DNA of 64,000 nt, taken from assembly GCF_963921235.1 (NCBI RefSeq), contig NC_086125.1, forward strand, positions 7,750,001 to 7,814,000, given 5' to 3'. Below are positions 36,846-48,719 of the stretch, piece by piece. Position 1 is the stretch's first letter, and each line of letters begins with the position of its first letter. The position numbers were made by a program, and so were the translations under genes. The notes beneath the pieces were generated by a model. It saw only the letters and a program-made list of their open reading frames with translations, had not been told where the DNA came from and did not search any database. The DNA is from Mobula hypostoma. Its lineage: Eukaryota.

Positions 36846-37497
36846 GAGGGAGGAGAAGATGGTGGCACGACGCAGCGCGCGTGGCCCTTCCAAATGATAT
36901 CGTATGTGTTAACTAGGGGGCCATGCACAATCAGGATTTGATGGAGACAGACGTGAGAAGCACAGAGGAACACCTGGAGAAACTTCTGAAATGCCCGCTT
37001 CGCTGCCGCTGCTACTGTGCGATCGTGGATCTCCGGAGGGGAAGGCCCCGAGTCCTCGGCTTTGCCTATCGCCTGTTGCCGGGGCCGGTGTCGAAGCGCT
37101 CGGCAGAGATGGTGCTTGGTGCTCGGTGTTGGAGAGCTGGTCGGAGGCTCGGAGTTTTCGGACGGACTCGGAGTCGGACTATGGTCGGATGCTTCCAGGA
37201 TGCTGCATCGGCAAGTTTGCGGCGCTGGAGGTTCACCGTCTGCATGAGATGATGGGACTTTCGAGAGACTTTGAGACTTTTTACCGTGTCCATGGTCGGT
37301 TCTTATCAAATTACGGTATTGCTTTGCACTGTTGTAACTATATGTAATAATTATGTGGTTTTTGTCAGTTTTTCAGTCAGTTTGTCATGTGTTTCTGTGC
37401 TATCATTCTGGAGAAACATTGTATCATTTCTTAATGCATGCATTACTAAATGACAATAAAAGAGGACTGCGTGTCCTCATAATCTAATCTAATCTAA
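36846..37497 (+). mobile_element. Non-autonomous LINE-derived element, copy 3
   Basis: Starts GGAGAAGATGGTGGC, ends with (TAATC)n, and interrupts the Gypsy integrase remnant. Confidence 0.8.
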
Positions 37498-39974
37498 CAA
37501 TCCATGAGTAGTAATCCACAGTGGGACTTACAGGAAGATGTAGTTTCCTGTTTAGCACTGGTGCCTGTCCCACCTCTAAAGGTGCCCTTAGGACAGCTGC
37601 AGGGTCATCAGCCAGGGCTCACCACTCACTGATGTTCCACTTCCTTGGCCCCGGGACACCTCCTGGTGGCGGAACAGTGCCAGGGATGTCACCCGGACAC
37701 CTCCTGCAGCTACCAATGGGGTTAGTCAGTCCGCCATTTTCTGCCCTTCCTCCTCAGCCACGGCCAAAAGCTGTCCCTTTTCTGTCTCTTCAGAAGATAC
37801 TTGTCTCCTCTCAGCTCGGAAACGTCTGCGCCTGCAATTTGCCATGGAAAGTTTGGGAGTTCTGTGGGACAGGGAGGTTCAGCATGATTTTTGTACGGTT
37901 TTCTGCATGCTTCAAATTGCTTTACAAAATTTCCCTGCTGTGAGCTCAGACTAGGCCACAGCATAGATTGCCTTGCTCTTAGGGAACATTTTTCGATGTC
38001 TTGATGTCCTTGGTGGATTTGACTGATGATCTTGGTGTGCACAGAAGCAGGAATGACGAATCTAGAGCCCTGTTGCAGCAAGCCATCAAGGATGGTGAGT
38101 GTGTCTCTTTCAAGCCAGTAAGGTCTGAGTTTGTGAGCTCCTTTTGGAACAGCTGGGAATCCATACTGACAGTATTACCTGATGTTGACGTGGATTTTGT
38201 CCTTTTTTAACTCAGCATGAATTTCCTTCAGTTTACTCTGTGCTGCAGGAAGGCTTTCAGTTACCTGAGCTAAGTGGATGGTTGGTATCTTCCATGAGGC
38301 AGAGTCAGTTTCCATCACTTTCGCGTGGCATCCTTGATGGAGTGTGTGGTGCTGTGAAAGATTTGCTGGGGACATGTTCAATGTCATAACAGAGTTGCGT
38401 AAACTACATTCTGAATCTTTGCAGATGTGGAGGTAAGTTATCCAAGTGTTTTGAACTCAGGATGCTAACAACAGGTTTGTGGTCTATTTCAAATTGGAAT
38501 TTAGTGCCTATCAGGTAGCAGCTGATGCATTCACAAGCGTCTCCTTTTTGATTTGGGAATAATACTGTTCAGTAGAAGTTCTTGATGCACATGCCTTCAG
38601 TTTCCATACACCACTGCAGTATATCAATATCGTTACTTGATGGTCTTCTGAAGCCTGAGTGAAATTGCTTGCAACTCTAAATCTCTGAAAGCATGTGAAA
38701 TATCTCTCAAAGTCCTCCGGTTTAGAGAAATCAGATATCTCTGGGGGGGGGGGGGCAGGTTATTAGGTAAATAGCTGTAGGTAATAGAGCTACTTGCTTC
38801 ATTTGCCTGTTTGCTTGTTTATTTATTGTTTTATTTATTTGGACTACAAAAATCTTCTTTTCTCTCCCTGAGGGTTGGACTAACTTCTGTGACTTCTCTG
38901 CTGTGTCTCTGTGCACTTCCCCAGGCTAGTGGAGGCTCTGCACTTCCCCAGACTATTACAATGTATCCACCTTTGGGTGTAGCTTGAAGGTGTTGCCTAG
39001 AAACCCTGGCTCTTTCTCAACTCATTTAGCAGCTAGCAAAGACAGCTTTGGTGAAGTCTCTGGACATTTTTTCGAAGATGTGAACAACAACAGCTTTACT
39101 GTAAATTCTTTCTTTCTCACTTGCTCTTAGCACCAATTTATCGACGTTCAACCACTTCTGACAACATGTTGTGTTTGTTATTAAGAGATAGTGCAGAGCA
39201 CATCAGGCCGCAAGCATGTAGGATATCAACCGAATGTTATTGATAACCCGCTGCTTGTGGACTATGTGAACTCTTCCCATGTGGGACTGGCTGACTGAGT
39301 GGCAGAGGAGTAACACTATTAACTATCACACACCAGTAAAGGCAAATCCACAGGCTCAGTGGCTGCAGTCTGCCTGTTATCCAACTGATAAACTCACCAC
39401 CGTACAGAATGTCTCCAAAGTTATAACAGACTAACAAGGCTTTGCAAATTAAATTAAATTATGTTTTCTGGAGACCCCTGCATACAGCTGCTTGGCCTAC
39501 AGAAGTTCGATCAAGCTTCGTACAGTAATCATGGAAAGCTGCCTTCAGCTCCCTTAACTACCTGACTTTACCAAGCTTTCTCACATACATCATGATGTTA
39601 GATGGTCTTCCCTCCGTGAGGCTCTGCTTTAGGCTTCTTCCCTCTGCAGTGACTGAGGAATCAGGCCAGGGCCTGAGCTACTATTTTGGACCCAAATGTC
39701 CATAAATAGCAAGTTGATGCCAAGACTTTGGCAATTTTTTTTAAAGATTCTCTGGCTGTTATGAAATATCCAGGCAATTTATTGTCACACTTTGGAAAAC
39801 TGAACGTTTTTGATGGTGTCCAAGATACTTAACTGACAGATTTCATAAAATAGATTAAATAGGAGCAACAAAAAAATAGTCACAGGTTTCTTTCTCAGTA
39901 TTAACTATCAATAAAGTATTTAAGTTTTATCTATCCTCAGAAGGAGGAGAAAACATCTTTAATGTAGAACTCAC

Positions 39975-40286
39975 AGTAAGTCTGCAGAATCAGAGAGGTG
40001 TTTGTGATGGGTTTTGTTGTGTTAGAGTCCAAGAGCACCTCTGCCAAGCAAGTGTACATCAGTCCATTGTCCGAAGTAGTTGCTCTGAAATTCAGGACAT
40101 TCCTCAATGGACCATCTTCCGGGAAACCTGGGTCCTCTGTGGAATTACGTTCTACAACCTCACTCCCTCTGAGCCAGGTGAGTATGAGTTTGTTCTTTGG
40201 ATAGACCTTCGGGCCAATGCACTCCAGCTGATATGGTTTGTTAACTTCCAGCACTTCAGGAGGTGGAACAATGCTTAAGTTTCGAT
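39975..40286 (-). CDS. Coding exon 3, Ig domain 2 (I2-set)
   Basis: RNLSIVPPPEVLEVNKPYQLECIGPKVYPKNKLILTWLRG...DNGLMYTCLAEV...ILQTY. Acceptor ctcctttgacag|, donor T|GTGAGT. Confidence 0.92.
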
Positions 40287-40822
40287 CTGTCAAAGGAGAA
40301 TTAAGGATTACAGCAATCATTGGAACAGTCTGTATCCCAACTACAAATATGAATCTTTCTACCCTGTGACATCCCCAGTTTGAAGAATCCCTTCAAACCA
40401 CAGCAAATGAATAATCTTCATCTATCGCAGTAACTGTGAAACTCAGCTATGAATATCCATTACCTAACTGGATCCTAACACTCCCCCATAGATCAGTGTG
40501 TTACGTATCAAAGCATTGGAGTGTGAAATATCAGCACATTCTTAACCTGAGAACAAATTTGTCCACTCTCAAACGTTCCTTTCTCCATTTCTGTAGAATT
40601 GTCTCTGTTAAATATCAATATCTGAACTCATCTCAGACTGTGAACTCATTGTGGGGGAGTGAGGTGTAAATCTATTTCCCAGCAGGCCGTTCACTACCTC
40701 ACCTGATACACAACAGCATCTTTCTGTGTAACGTTTTCAGGTGAAACGTAATTTTATTTTGCTGTCTTTCATCCTGTTATACTCTGCTATGGGATATGTT
40801 CAGAACAAGAGAAGTCACTTAC

Positions 40823-41092
40823 TGTACACTGGGACCACCCGTTTGTCCTCCTTCACTGTATTTTGACATTTTACAGTACAGGGTGCTGTGTAATCCCATT
40901 TCTGGACACTCGGAAATCGGTCTGTAATCCACTTATCTCCGCGAGTTCTGTTGGGATTTATCCCTGGTTTATATTCCACACCTATCATCGATGCGTTGTC
41001 ACACGTTGTACTGCAGGTCACCTCCAGGGAGTGTCCAAATTCCACCGCTGGGGGGGTTATTTTGATTGAAACCTTAAATCCATTCAGTTTAT
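40823..41092 (-). CDS. Coding exon 2, Ig domain 1 (ICAM D1 type)
   Basis: FKVSIKITPPAVEFGHSLEVTCSTTCDNASMIGVEY...APCTVKC...VVPVY. Has the C-x3-C...C-x3-C four-cysteine pattern of ICAM/VCAM/MAdCAM D1 and resembles ICAM2 SLEVNCSTTC. Acceptor cag|AT, donor A|GTAAGT. Confidence 0.93.
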
Positions 41093-41649
41093 CTGCTAGA
41101 GACACACAGGGAAATGGAAAACATTCAGTGTTTCGATCTCTGTACCTAACGATGGATGTACTTTCCATTGATGCAGTAAAGAGGAGATTCACCAGACTGA
41201 ATTCTGATATCGCAGACTTTCAGAAGAGATTAAGTTGACTGACCTTTGCTTACTAGAATTGGAGAAGGTCAAACTGAAATGCACAAAAATGTCAACATAT
41301 TTTGACAAGTTGAAACAGGATTGATGTTTGCTCTGGTTCGGAATTCTAAAAGGTGTTAGGAGATTCAGGATACAAGATGGGGATATTGGGAATATCTTCA
41401 ACGCAGGGCTATGGAGGTCAAGGTAATAAATCTATTTAAGGAGGGATAGACTGATAACATTATGTTCATCTGGGGATATGGGGAAGAAATAGGGCACTGA
41501 TTTGATGGAGTTGGCTGCCCGCACCCAGCCCTGTCAACTTCCATATAAATCCAACATTTCAATTTTTACTCAATGTAATTATAGTTCTTCCATATTTCAA
41601 ACAAAACAGAATATTTTCAGTCAGAATGACACTATATTAAAAAAAAGTG

Positions 41650-42270
41650 ATTGTCATTTGACTATAGAGTCATGGGGTCATGGAAAAGTACAGCATCTCA
41701 GCCCCTCTATGCCAAACCATCTTAACTGCCTACTCCCATCAACCTACACCGGGACCAAAGCACTGCATACCACTCCTATCAAGTATCTATGGAAACTTCG
41801 CTTGAACATTGAAATCGAGCTCTCATGCACCAGTTGTGCTGGCAACTTGTTTCACACTCTCATGACCCTCCGAGTGAAGAGGTTTCCCCTCACGTCCCCC
41901 TTAAACATTTCACTTTTCACCCTTAACCATGACCTCCGGTTGTAGTCCCAACCAACCTGAGTGGAAAAAGCCTGCTTGCATTTACCCTACCTATACCCCT
42001 CATGATTTTGTATATCTCTATCAAATCTCCTCCCAGTCTTCTATGTTCTAAGGAATAAAGTCCTAACCTACTTAATCTTTCCTTATGACTCCGGTCCCCC
42101 AAACCCAGGAACATCCTTGTAAATTTTCTCTGCATTCTTTCAAAATTATTTACATCTTTCCTGTAGGCAAGGTGAACAAAACTGCACAGAATACTTCAAA
42201 TTTGGCTTTACCAATGTCTTATACAGCTTTGATAGAACATCCTTTCTCCTGTACTCAATACAACTGTGGT
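41650..42270 (-). mobile_element. CR1 3' fragment in intron 1
   Basis: MQRKFTRMFLGL...RRLGGDLIEIYKIMRG. Confidence 0.8.
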
Positions 42271-42777
42271 GATTTTATTTTTGAGGAGAAGACATACAAA
42301 TTAATAGAGGAAACCATCTGAAGGAATATTGACTGAACATCCAAAAAAGCTCGCAACACTGCTTCTGTAGAGACTGCAGACAGAGGCACTTTCTTGTACA
42401 CTATAGAGCTGTACAGAACAGGAAGCAACCCTTCAGCCCATTGTGTCTGTACTATACTTCTCGCTGCCTCAGTAAAGCAGCCAACATAAACAAAGATCCA
42501 TTGACTATAGACACTTGTTTGTTTCTGCTTTCCCAATGGGCATGTTATGCTTGGTAACTTCAGAAACTAACTGGGTAAAGTTCGTGGGAGCCGGGATATT
42601 TGTCTACCAAGTTTTCCTTTTCCTTTTTCTTTCATGAGGCACTCACATACGTTATGACGTGTGCCATTCACAAACGTCTTACATGTAACCCAGAATGAAT
42701 TATGTAAACAAACAAAGAATGCTTCATCAAATAATACATTAGCTATATACAGTTACTGCTACATTTACAATATTGTA

Positions 42778-44371
42778 AGTTTTCTTGTTGTATTGTTTTA
42801 CCACGTTGAATCACGGTGGATTTAATTTAATTTGGCTTTTTTTGACACTGATCCACAGAAAAAGACTCTTTTGTGTCAAAGTGAAAACCGATCTCTACCA
42901 ATGATCTAAATTAATTACAAATATAAAAGACAAAATAACTGATTGGACCATTTAACTAATTATGTGACTTCTAAAACCAATTGGCTGCACCAGTGATGAT
43001 TTAGTGTGTTATATTAAAGGGTGGGGGGGGGGCGAATCTTTATACAATAAGATGATTTTGTTTTTGGAGACCTGTGTGCAGTTAAGGTGTTTCAATTGAT
43101 TGTTGGAAAAATACACCTGTAACTGGAAGGTCCAACTGCTGGTGAATCAGTACCTGGCAAAATCTACACCATGAAGACAAAAGAACACTCCAAGCATCTT
43201 GGCAAAAAGGCTATTGAAAAGCACGTTAGGAGATGGATACAAGAAAATTTTCAAGTCACTGAATATCCCTTGGAGTACAATTAAGTCAATCATCAAGAAA
43301 TGGAAAGAAAATTGCACAACAGTAAATCTGCCTAGAGCAGGCCGTCCTCAAAAACAGAGTGACCGTGCAAGAAAGTGACTAGTGAGGGAGGCCACCAAGA
43401 GACCTATGACAACTCTAGAGCAGTTACAAGCTTCAGCGGCTGAGATGGGAGAAACTGCACATACAACAACTGTTGCCTGGGTGTTTCACCAGCCACAGCT
43501 TTATGGGAGAGAGGAAAAGGGAAAGCTACAGTTGAAGAACTCACATGAAATCTCGGCTAGAGTTTGCCAGAAGGCATTTGGGAGACTCTAAAGTCAGCTG
43601 GAAGAAGGTTTTATGGTCTGATGAAAGCATAATTGAGCTTTTTGGCCATCAGACTAAACACTATGTTTAGTGTAAGCAAAATACCACACATAATCAAAAA
43701 CCCTGATGCATGGAGGTGGGTGCATCACTGAAGCAGGTCCTGGCAGCCTTGTGAAGGTAGGGGGTAAAATGAATGCAGCAAACAGGGAAATCCTCGAAGA
43801 AAACCCAGTGCAGTTTTCAAGAGAACTGTGACTTGAACGAAGATTTGTTTTCCAGCTAGACAATGACCCGAAGCGTAAAGCCAAAGCTACACAGGAATGG
43901 CCTAACAACAGCAAAGTTAAAGTCCTGGAGTGGCCAAGTCAGAGTTCAGATCTCAATCCAATTGAGAATTTGTGGCTGGACTTGAAAAGGTCTGTTCACT
44001 CATGATCCCCATGCAATTTGACAGAGCTTGAGCAGTTTTGTAAAGAAGTATGGGGAAAAATTGTAGGGTCCAAATGTGCAAAGCTGGTAGAGACCAATCC
44101 ACACAGACTCAAGGCTGTAATTGTTGCAAAGGTGCATCTACTAAATACTAACTTGAAGGGGGTGAGTAATTATGCAATCAATTGTTTTGTGTTTAATAAT
44201 TGTAATAAATTTAGACCAATTTGTAGAAATTTGTTTTCACTTTGATACGAAAGAATCATTTCTGTTGATCAGTGTAAAAAAACCAAATTAAATCCACTGT
44301 GATTCAGTGTTGTAAAACAATAAAACATGAAAACTTCCAAGGGAGAGCAAATACTTTTTGATAGGCACTGT
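42778..44371 (+). mobile_element. Degenerate Tc1 transposon with long TIRs
   Basis: Transposase remnants MKTKEHS..., [30 protein letters not shown] (DD34E type). ~200-bp inverted ends; the right end finishes GGCACTG|TA. Confidence 0.9.
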
Positions 44372-44429
44372 ATATTCAGTATACTGTATAATACAATAAC
44401 TATATAGATATCCACAGCATAATAAATTT

Positions 44430-45365
44430 TAAGTTGCCCAATTCAGGCCTGATGATTTAATCACTGTGAAGGATTTCATACTCTTGTTGGATAAAGTCTT
44501 CCCTGACAAGAGGATCACTCTGCTTGGCTTGTGAATTTTGTGACTATCAAACAATCTCAGGTTCTGGGTCCTCCTCCGTGGTGGTTGTGGGACTTGACTC
44601 TGGGACTGCAGGAAGTGGTTCCGACAGTTCTGGACACCTTTGTTCTCTAACAATTGACTCCGCTCTCCTCAACTGATCGACGTGTCATCTCCAGATGACA
44701 TCAGACACAATCCCCACTGTGCAGGAGACTGTTCCAGTGCTGTCCTTAATCTTTCCAAGTACCTACTTTTGATAGTCTCTGTTGTCCCTCACCAGGATTG
44801 CTTGTTCAGGAGTGAAACATCAAACCCTCAGTTTGTCTTAGCTGCTTGTCCTGCAAACTCCTTCTCAGACTGGGTCTGAGAAAATCCAAGTGTGAGCACA
44901 AGGGACGTCCCAGGAAAGCACAGCTGGTGAGTTGTTGGTTTTGAACTGTGCTGCATTGCAATACGCAAAGAGAAAATTGTTGAGGTTCTGATTCAGTGCC
45001 CTGTGTTCTGATGACATCGCTCACAGAGCATTCCTTAGATTCTGGACAAAACTTTGCACCAATCCATTTGAGCTGGGTGGAACAGTACAGGTGCAACGTG
45101 TCTTATTCCATTCATATTCAGGAACGACAAACGGTTCCACAACAAACTCTGGTCCATTGTCACTGACTAAGTATTCTGGAACAGCAGTCTTGAGAAGAGG
45201 CTTCTCAACACATCAACAGTGTGCAAAGCTGTAGTGGAGACTATTGGAAACACATCTGGCCACTTTGTAGCTGCATTGACTACTGCCTAGAAATCTGTGC
45301 CCATGAATGGTCTGGCAAAATCCACATGAAGCTTCTGCAAGGGCACCTTAAAGCTTTTGTCACCT
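44430..45365 (-). mobile_element. Gypsy integrase remnant
   Basis: LHVDFARPF, VVNAATKWP, LVSDNGPEF, SPAVLFLGRPL...LDFLRP. Confidence 0.75.
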
Positions 45366-46499
45366 TAAATCTGTGACATTTCCAACCTGGGAGGAACACT
45401 GACTCTCTACCCTATCTATGCCCTCTATCATGTCGCCTCTCGGCATCCAGTGCTCTTGCCTCTCCTTATAGATCCAGACAAAATTCTGATGAATCTCTTA
45501 CGCACTTATTCAAATCTTCTACATCCTTTCTCGATGAGGTGACCATAGCTACACAAGTATTCCAAATATTGCTGAACCAATGTCTTGTACAGCTGCAATG
45601 TTCCTGTCAATGTTCATGCTCGGTGTTCCCACCAGTGAAGGTGAGCACGCTTCACACTGTCTTTACTGCCCTTTCCACTTTCAGGGAGCAATAGACATCC
45701 ACCCCAAGATCCCTCTGTACATCAATACTCTCAAGTATCCCATTTATTCTCTACTTTTCTCTAGCATTTGATGTCCAAAAATGCATCACCTCACACTTAT
45801 CTGCCTAAATTTCCGGCTGATCTCCTGTAACTCCTGCTATATCCTTTGACAAAGTTCCTCACTCTCCAGTACTCAATCAATTTCTCTACAAAACCTACTG
45901 ATCAGACCATCCACATGCTCATCCAAGTTATTAATTGATATTACAAACAAGAGATCCCTGGGCTGATACTTGCAGAACACCAACAGTCACAGACCTCCGG
46001 TCAGAAAAGCATCACAACTATCTATCTTCTGTGATGAAGCCTATTATTTTCTCTTAGCTATTTGAAACAACCTCTTGTGTCTGAAGGTCAAGGCTATCTC
46101 TCAGAATGGACCATAGATTTAAATGTTGGCCAGGAGATTGATTTTCTGAAGAGCTGCAATGAGAAACTGAGTTAGTTTCATATCAAAAGGGGAAGGAAGT
46201 TGTTTGTTTTTTCCACTTATTGTTTCAGTTAACTACCATCCGTATGAACAGTCCTGGCCCAAAACATTAACTGTTTACTCTTTTCCATAGATGTTGCCTG
46301 GTCTGCTGTGTTCCTTCAGCATTTTGTGTGTATTACTTTGATTTCCAGCAGTGACAGATTTTCTCTCGTTTGTGATTCAACTATGGGCTATGCCCAATAT
46401 CCCCTGAGCTGTTTTCTTGACCTGCCTCGGCTCTTCAGGTGAAGGTGGGGTCGGAGTTCCAGGATTTATACCCAGTGATGATGAAGGGGTGGCAGAATA

Positions 46500-47363
46500 C
46501 ACTCAGTGGCCAAGTTTATTAGATAATCTTTGCAGCTGCTCATTAATGCAAACATCTAATCAGCCAGTCATGTGGCAGCAACTCAAAACATAAAAGCATG
46601 TAGTCATGGTCAAGAGGTTTAATTGTTGTTCAGACCAAACATCAGAATGGAGAAGAAATGTGATCTACATGGCTTTGAACGTGGAATGATTGTTGGTGCC
46701 AGATGGGTGAGATGAGGGCTTCTGTCAGTCAGAGTTGACCATGAATGCTGCATCCTAGCTGTCTAGATATGCAAGCCTGGGCAGTATGATATGGAGAGCA
46801 AGCTGTTGCCTATGTAGCAAGCTGCCCCTCTCCATGCACCTGATAAACCCAAAGGAACCGATACAGTTTGGTACAGAAGTGTCCCAGGAGCTGCCAGTCA
46901 GCATTGAACTCGATGTAGCACTGGCTTAGGTATTCCAGCTTCCGATTTTTCCCTCAGGACTCACTCCTGAAGCCTTTCCCATGAGCGGGTATAGACACAG
47001 GAAGGGCTTAAATATCTTGGAAACTGCCGATCTCTTAGGATCTTCACTCACGGCAGTCTCTGAAGTTTACAGAGAATGGCATTAAAAACAAAACAAAAAT
47101 GTCAAGTGAGCGGCAGTTCTGTGTGAAAATGCCTTGTTAATGAGAGAGGTCACAGGAGAATGCCTAGACTGGTTCAAGCTGACAGGAAGGCAGCAGTAAC
47201 TCAGATAACTATGTGTTACAACAGCGGCGTGCAGTAGAGCGTCTCTGAATGCACAACTTATCAAATCTTAAAGTAGATGGACTACAGTAGCTGAAGACCA
47301 CAAACATACACTCAGCGCAAAATTTATTGGGTAGAGGAGTTACCTAATGAAGAGGCCAGAGTG
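46500..47363 (+). mobile_element. Tc1-type MITE with a nested ~290-bp RTE-like short element (~46715-47005)
   Basis: TA|CACTCAGTGGCC...GAGTG|TA; body interrupted by unrelated sequence. Confidence 0.75.
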
Positions 47364-47874
47364 TATCTCCCGGTCAGAATGACGTGTAACCAGGTGAGGA
47401 ATGTACCAGTGTTGGTAATCCCATGCACCAGCTCCCATGTCCTTTTTGTGATCGGTGTGGCACCTTTGGGAGGTGTTGTTCGTTAATAAATTGGGGGAGA
47501 AGAAGCTGCTTGCAGCCTCTTCCATCTGAAACGATCCAGAAAATGCTGGAAGCACCCAGTAGACTAGGAAGCATCCAGGAAGGAAAAACAAAATTAACAC
47601 TTCTGATTGAAGAACTTTCTTCATAACTGCCTTTATTTCAGATTTCCAGTATTGGCGCTTTTTAAAAATGTGGTTACTTCCGGCTGCCCCAAAACCCTTG
47701 GGGGACCCCCGGAAGGGAATTTGTGAGGGATTGGGTGTTGTGCCAGAGCAGAATGGGCACATGGAGACACCGGCGACTACAAATGCGGGAACCTGGAACA
47801 ACAAACAACCTGCCGGACCAGCTCAGCGGGTCGATCGCTTCTGTGTCGGGAAAAGGAACGAACGACGTTTCCGG

Positions 47875-48020
47875 CCAAGCAGCATCTATGTCAGGACGAA
47901 GGGTCTCGGCCTGAAACGTCGACTGCGCCTCTTCCTATAGATGCTGCTTGGCCTGCTGCGTTCACCAGCAACTTTGATGTATGTTGCTTGAATTTCCAGC
48001 ATCTGCAGAGTTCCTGTTGT
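47875..48020 (+). mobile_element. Young Penelope tail inserted into an older antisense Penelope tail (~47770-48045)
   Basis: 15-bp TSD GAACGACGTTTCCGG (47860-47874 / 48021-48035). Confidence 0.8.
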
Positions 48021-48561
48021 GAACGACGTTTCCGGTGGAGACCGGTTATGGTGACTGGTCAGACTGTTATATCGGAAGGGCATACAGAAACTCGGGCTAT
48101 GGGCACTTTGGTGGCTGTTGCAGTTTTACACAAAAATACGGAGTTGTAAACAGAGCCAAAACCGGACTCGCGGTCGGACTCAGCCCAGCGCTCAACGGTG
48201 AGCAAGTGTACAGAGTACTGAAGGAGTACAGAGATCAGTGATTGCTTCTGACGTAATGAGTAAAATAATGAGATATATTCTTAAATTTAAATTTAATTCC
48301 TGAATCATGCAACTATTTTGCTCGGTGTCTAGTTTTCATTTCCACCTTCCTCGCCATTCTTGAGCGGAATTCAAGTTAACGTAAAATGTCTTTTCGCCAA
48401 AATGAAGATTGCGACGACACAGGAAATGAATAATGGTCCATGCTTAATAAACCGCTCAGTAGCGCACAATCCGAAATATATAGTTTGTATGTACAGTTAC
48501 TCTCTAACGCTGCGTGACTCCGTGCAAATATATTGATTATACTTAAAACCACTTTACCTAC

Positions 48562-48610
48562 CTGTTACCACGCAGAGTAAAGCGAAAAGGGAAATCGACC
48601 TGGAATACAT
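48562..48610 (-). CDS. Coding exon 1, signal peptide MYSRSISLFALLCVVT
   Basis: ATG at 48610, hydrophobic 16-aa stretch, donor ACAG|GTAGGT in phase 1. Joins exon 2 to give ...VVTDKLNG^FKVSI, resembling the VCAM1 mature start FKIE. Confidence 0.8.
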
Positions 48611-48719
48611 AATAATCAAATCTCAAACGAAAACGTGGTCCGAATGGGATTAATTGCTTCAAAAAAAGTCCCGAAATGAACGCGAAGAGCCAGTATTCAT
48701 CTGCTTGGCGGCATCGAGC

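Larger units (their letters stand above)
35150..39330 (-). mobile_element. Old, deleted Gypsy/Ty3 LTR retrotransposon in intron 3, carrying nested insertions
   Basis: Short LTRs ~39165-39330 and ~35150-35316, PBS-like TGTTGTCAGAAGTGG, PPT AAGGTGGGGTGA, integrase remnants (IHQGHQDIEKC..RARQS..WP, VDYYS, SDNGPEF, DPYKALLEY). No TSD found. Confidence 0.75.
15498..48610 (-). other. Gene span (start to stop codon): ICAM/VCAM-family type I membrane protein, 4 Ig domains, 462 aa by manual splicing
   Basis: Six exons (49+270+312+294+282+182 = 1389 nt) join in one open frame with GT-AG phase-1 introns, one Ig domain per exon, as in ICAM/VCAM genes. Confidence 0.88.

Noticed and set aside
17670-40060. 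LDV (D4) and LDS (D2) as alpha4-integrin motifs
   Set aside because: They lie in the G strand or FG region, not in the D1 CD loop, and L-x-V is a generic G-strand pattern.
46715-47005. Ribozyme in the RTE-like short element nested in the MITE
   Set aside because: No complete HDV or hammerhead core could be assembled by eye.
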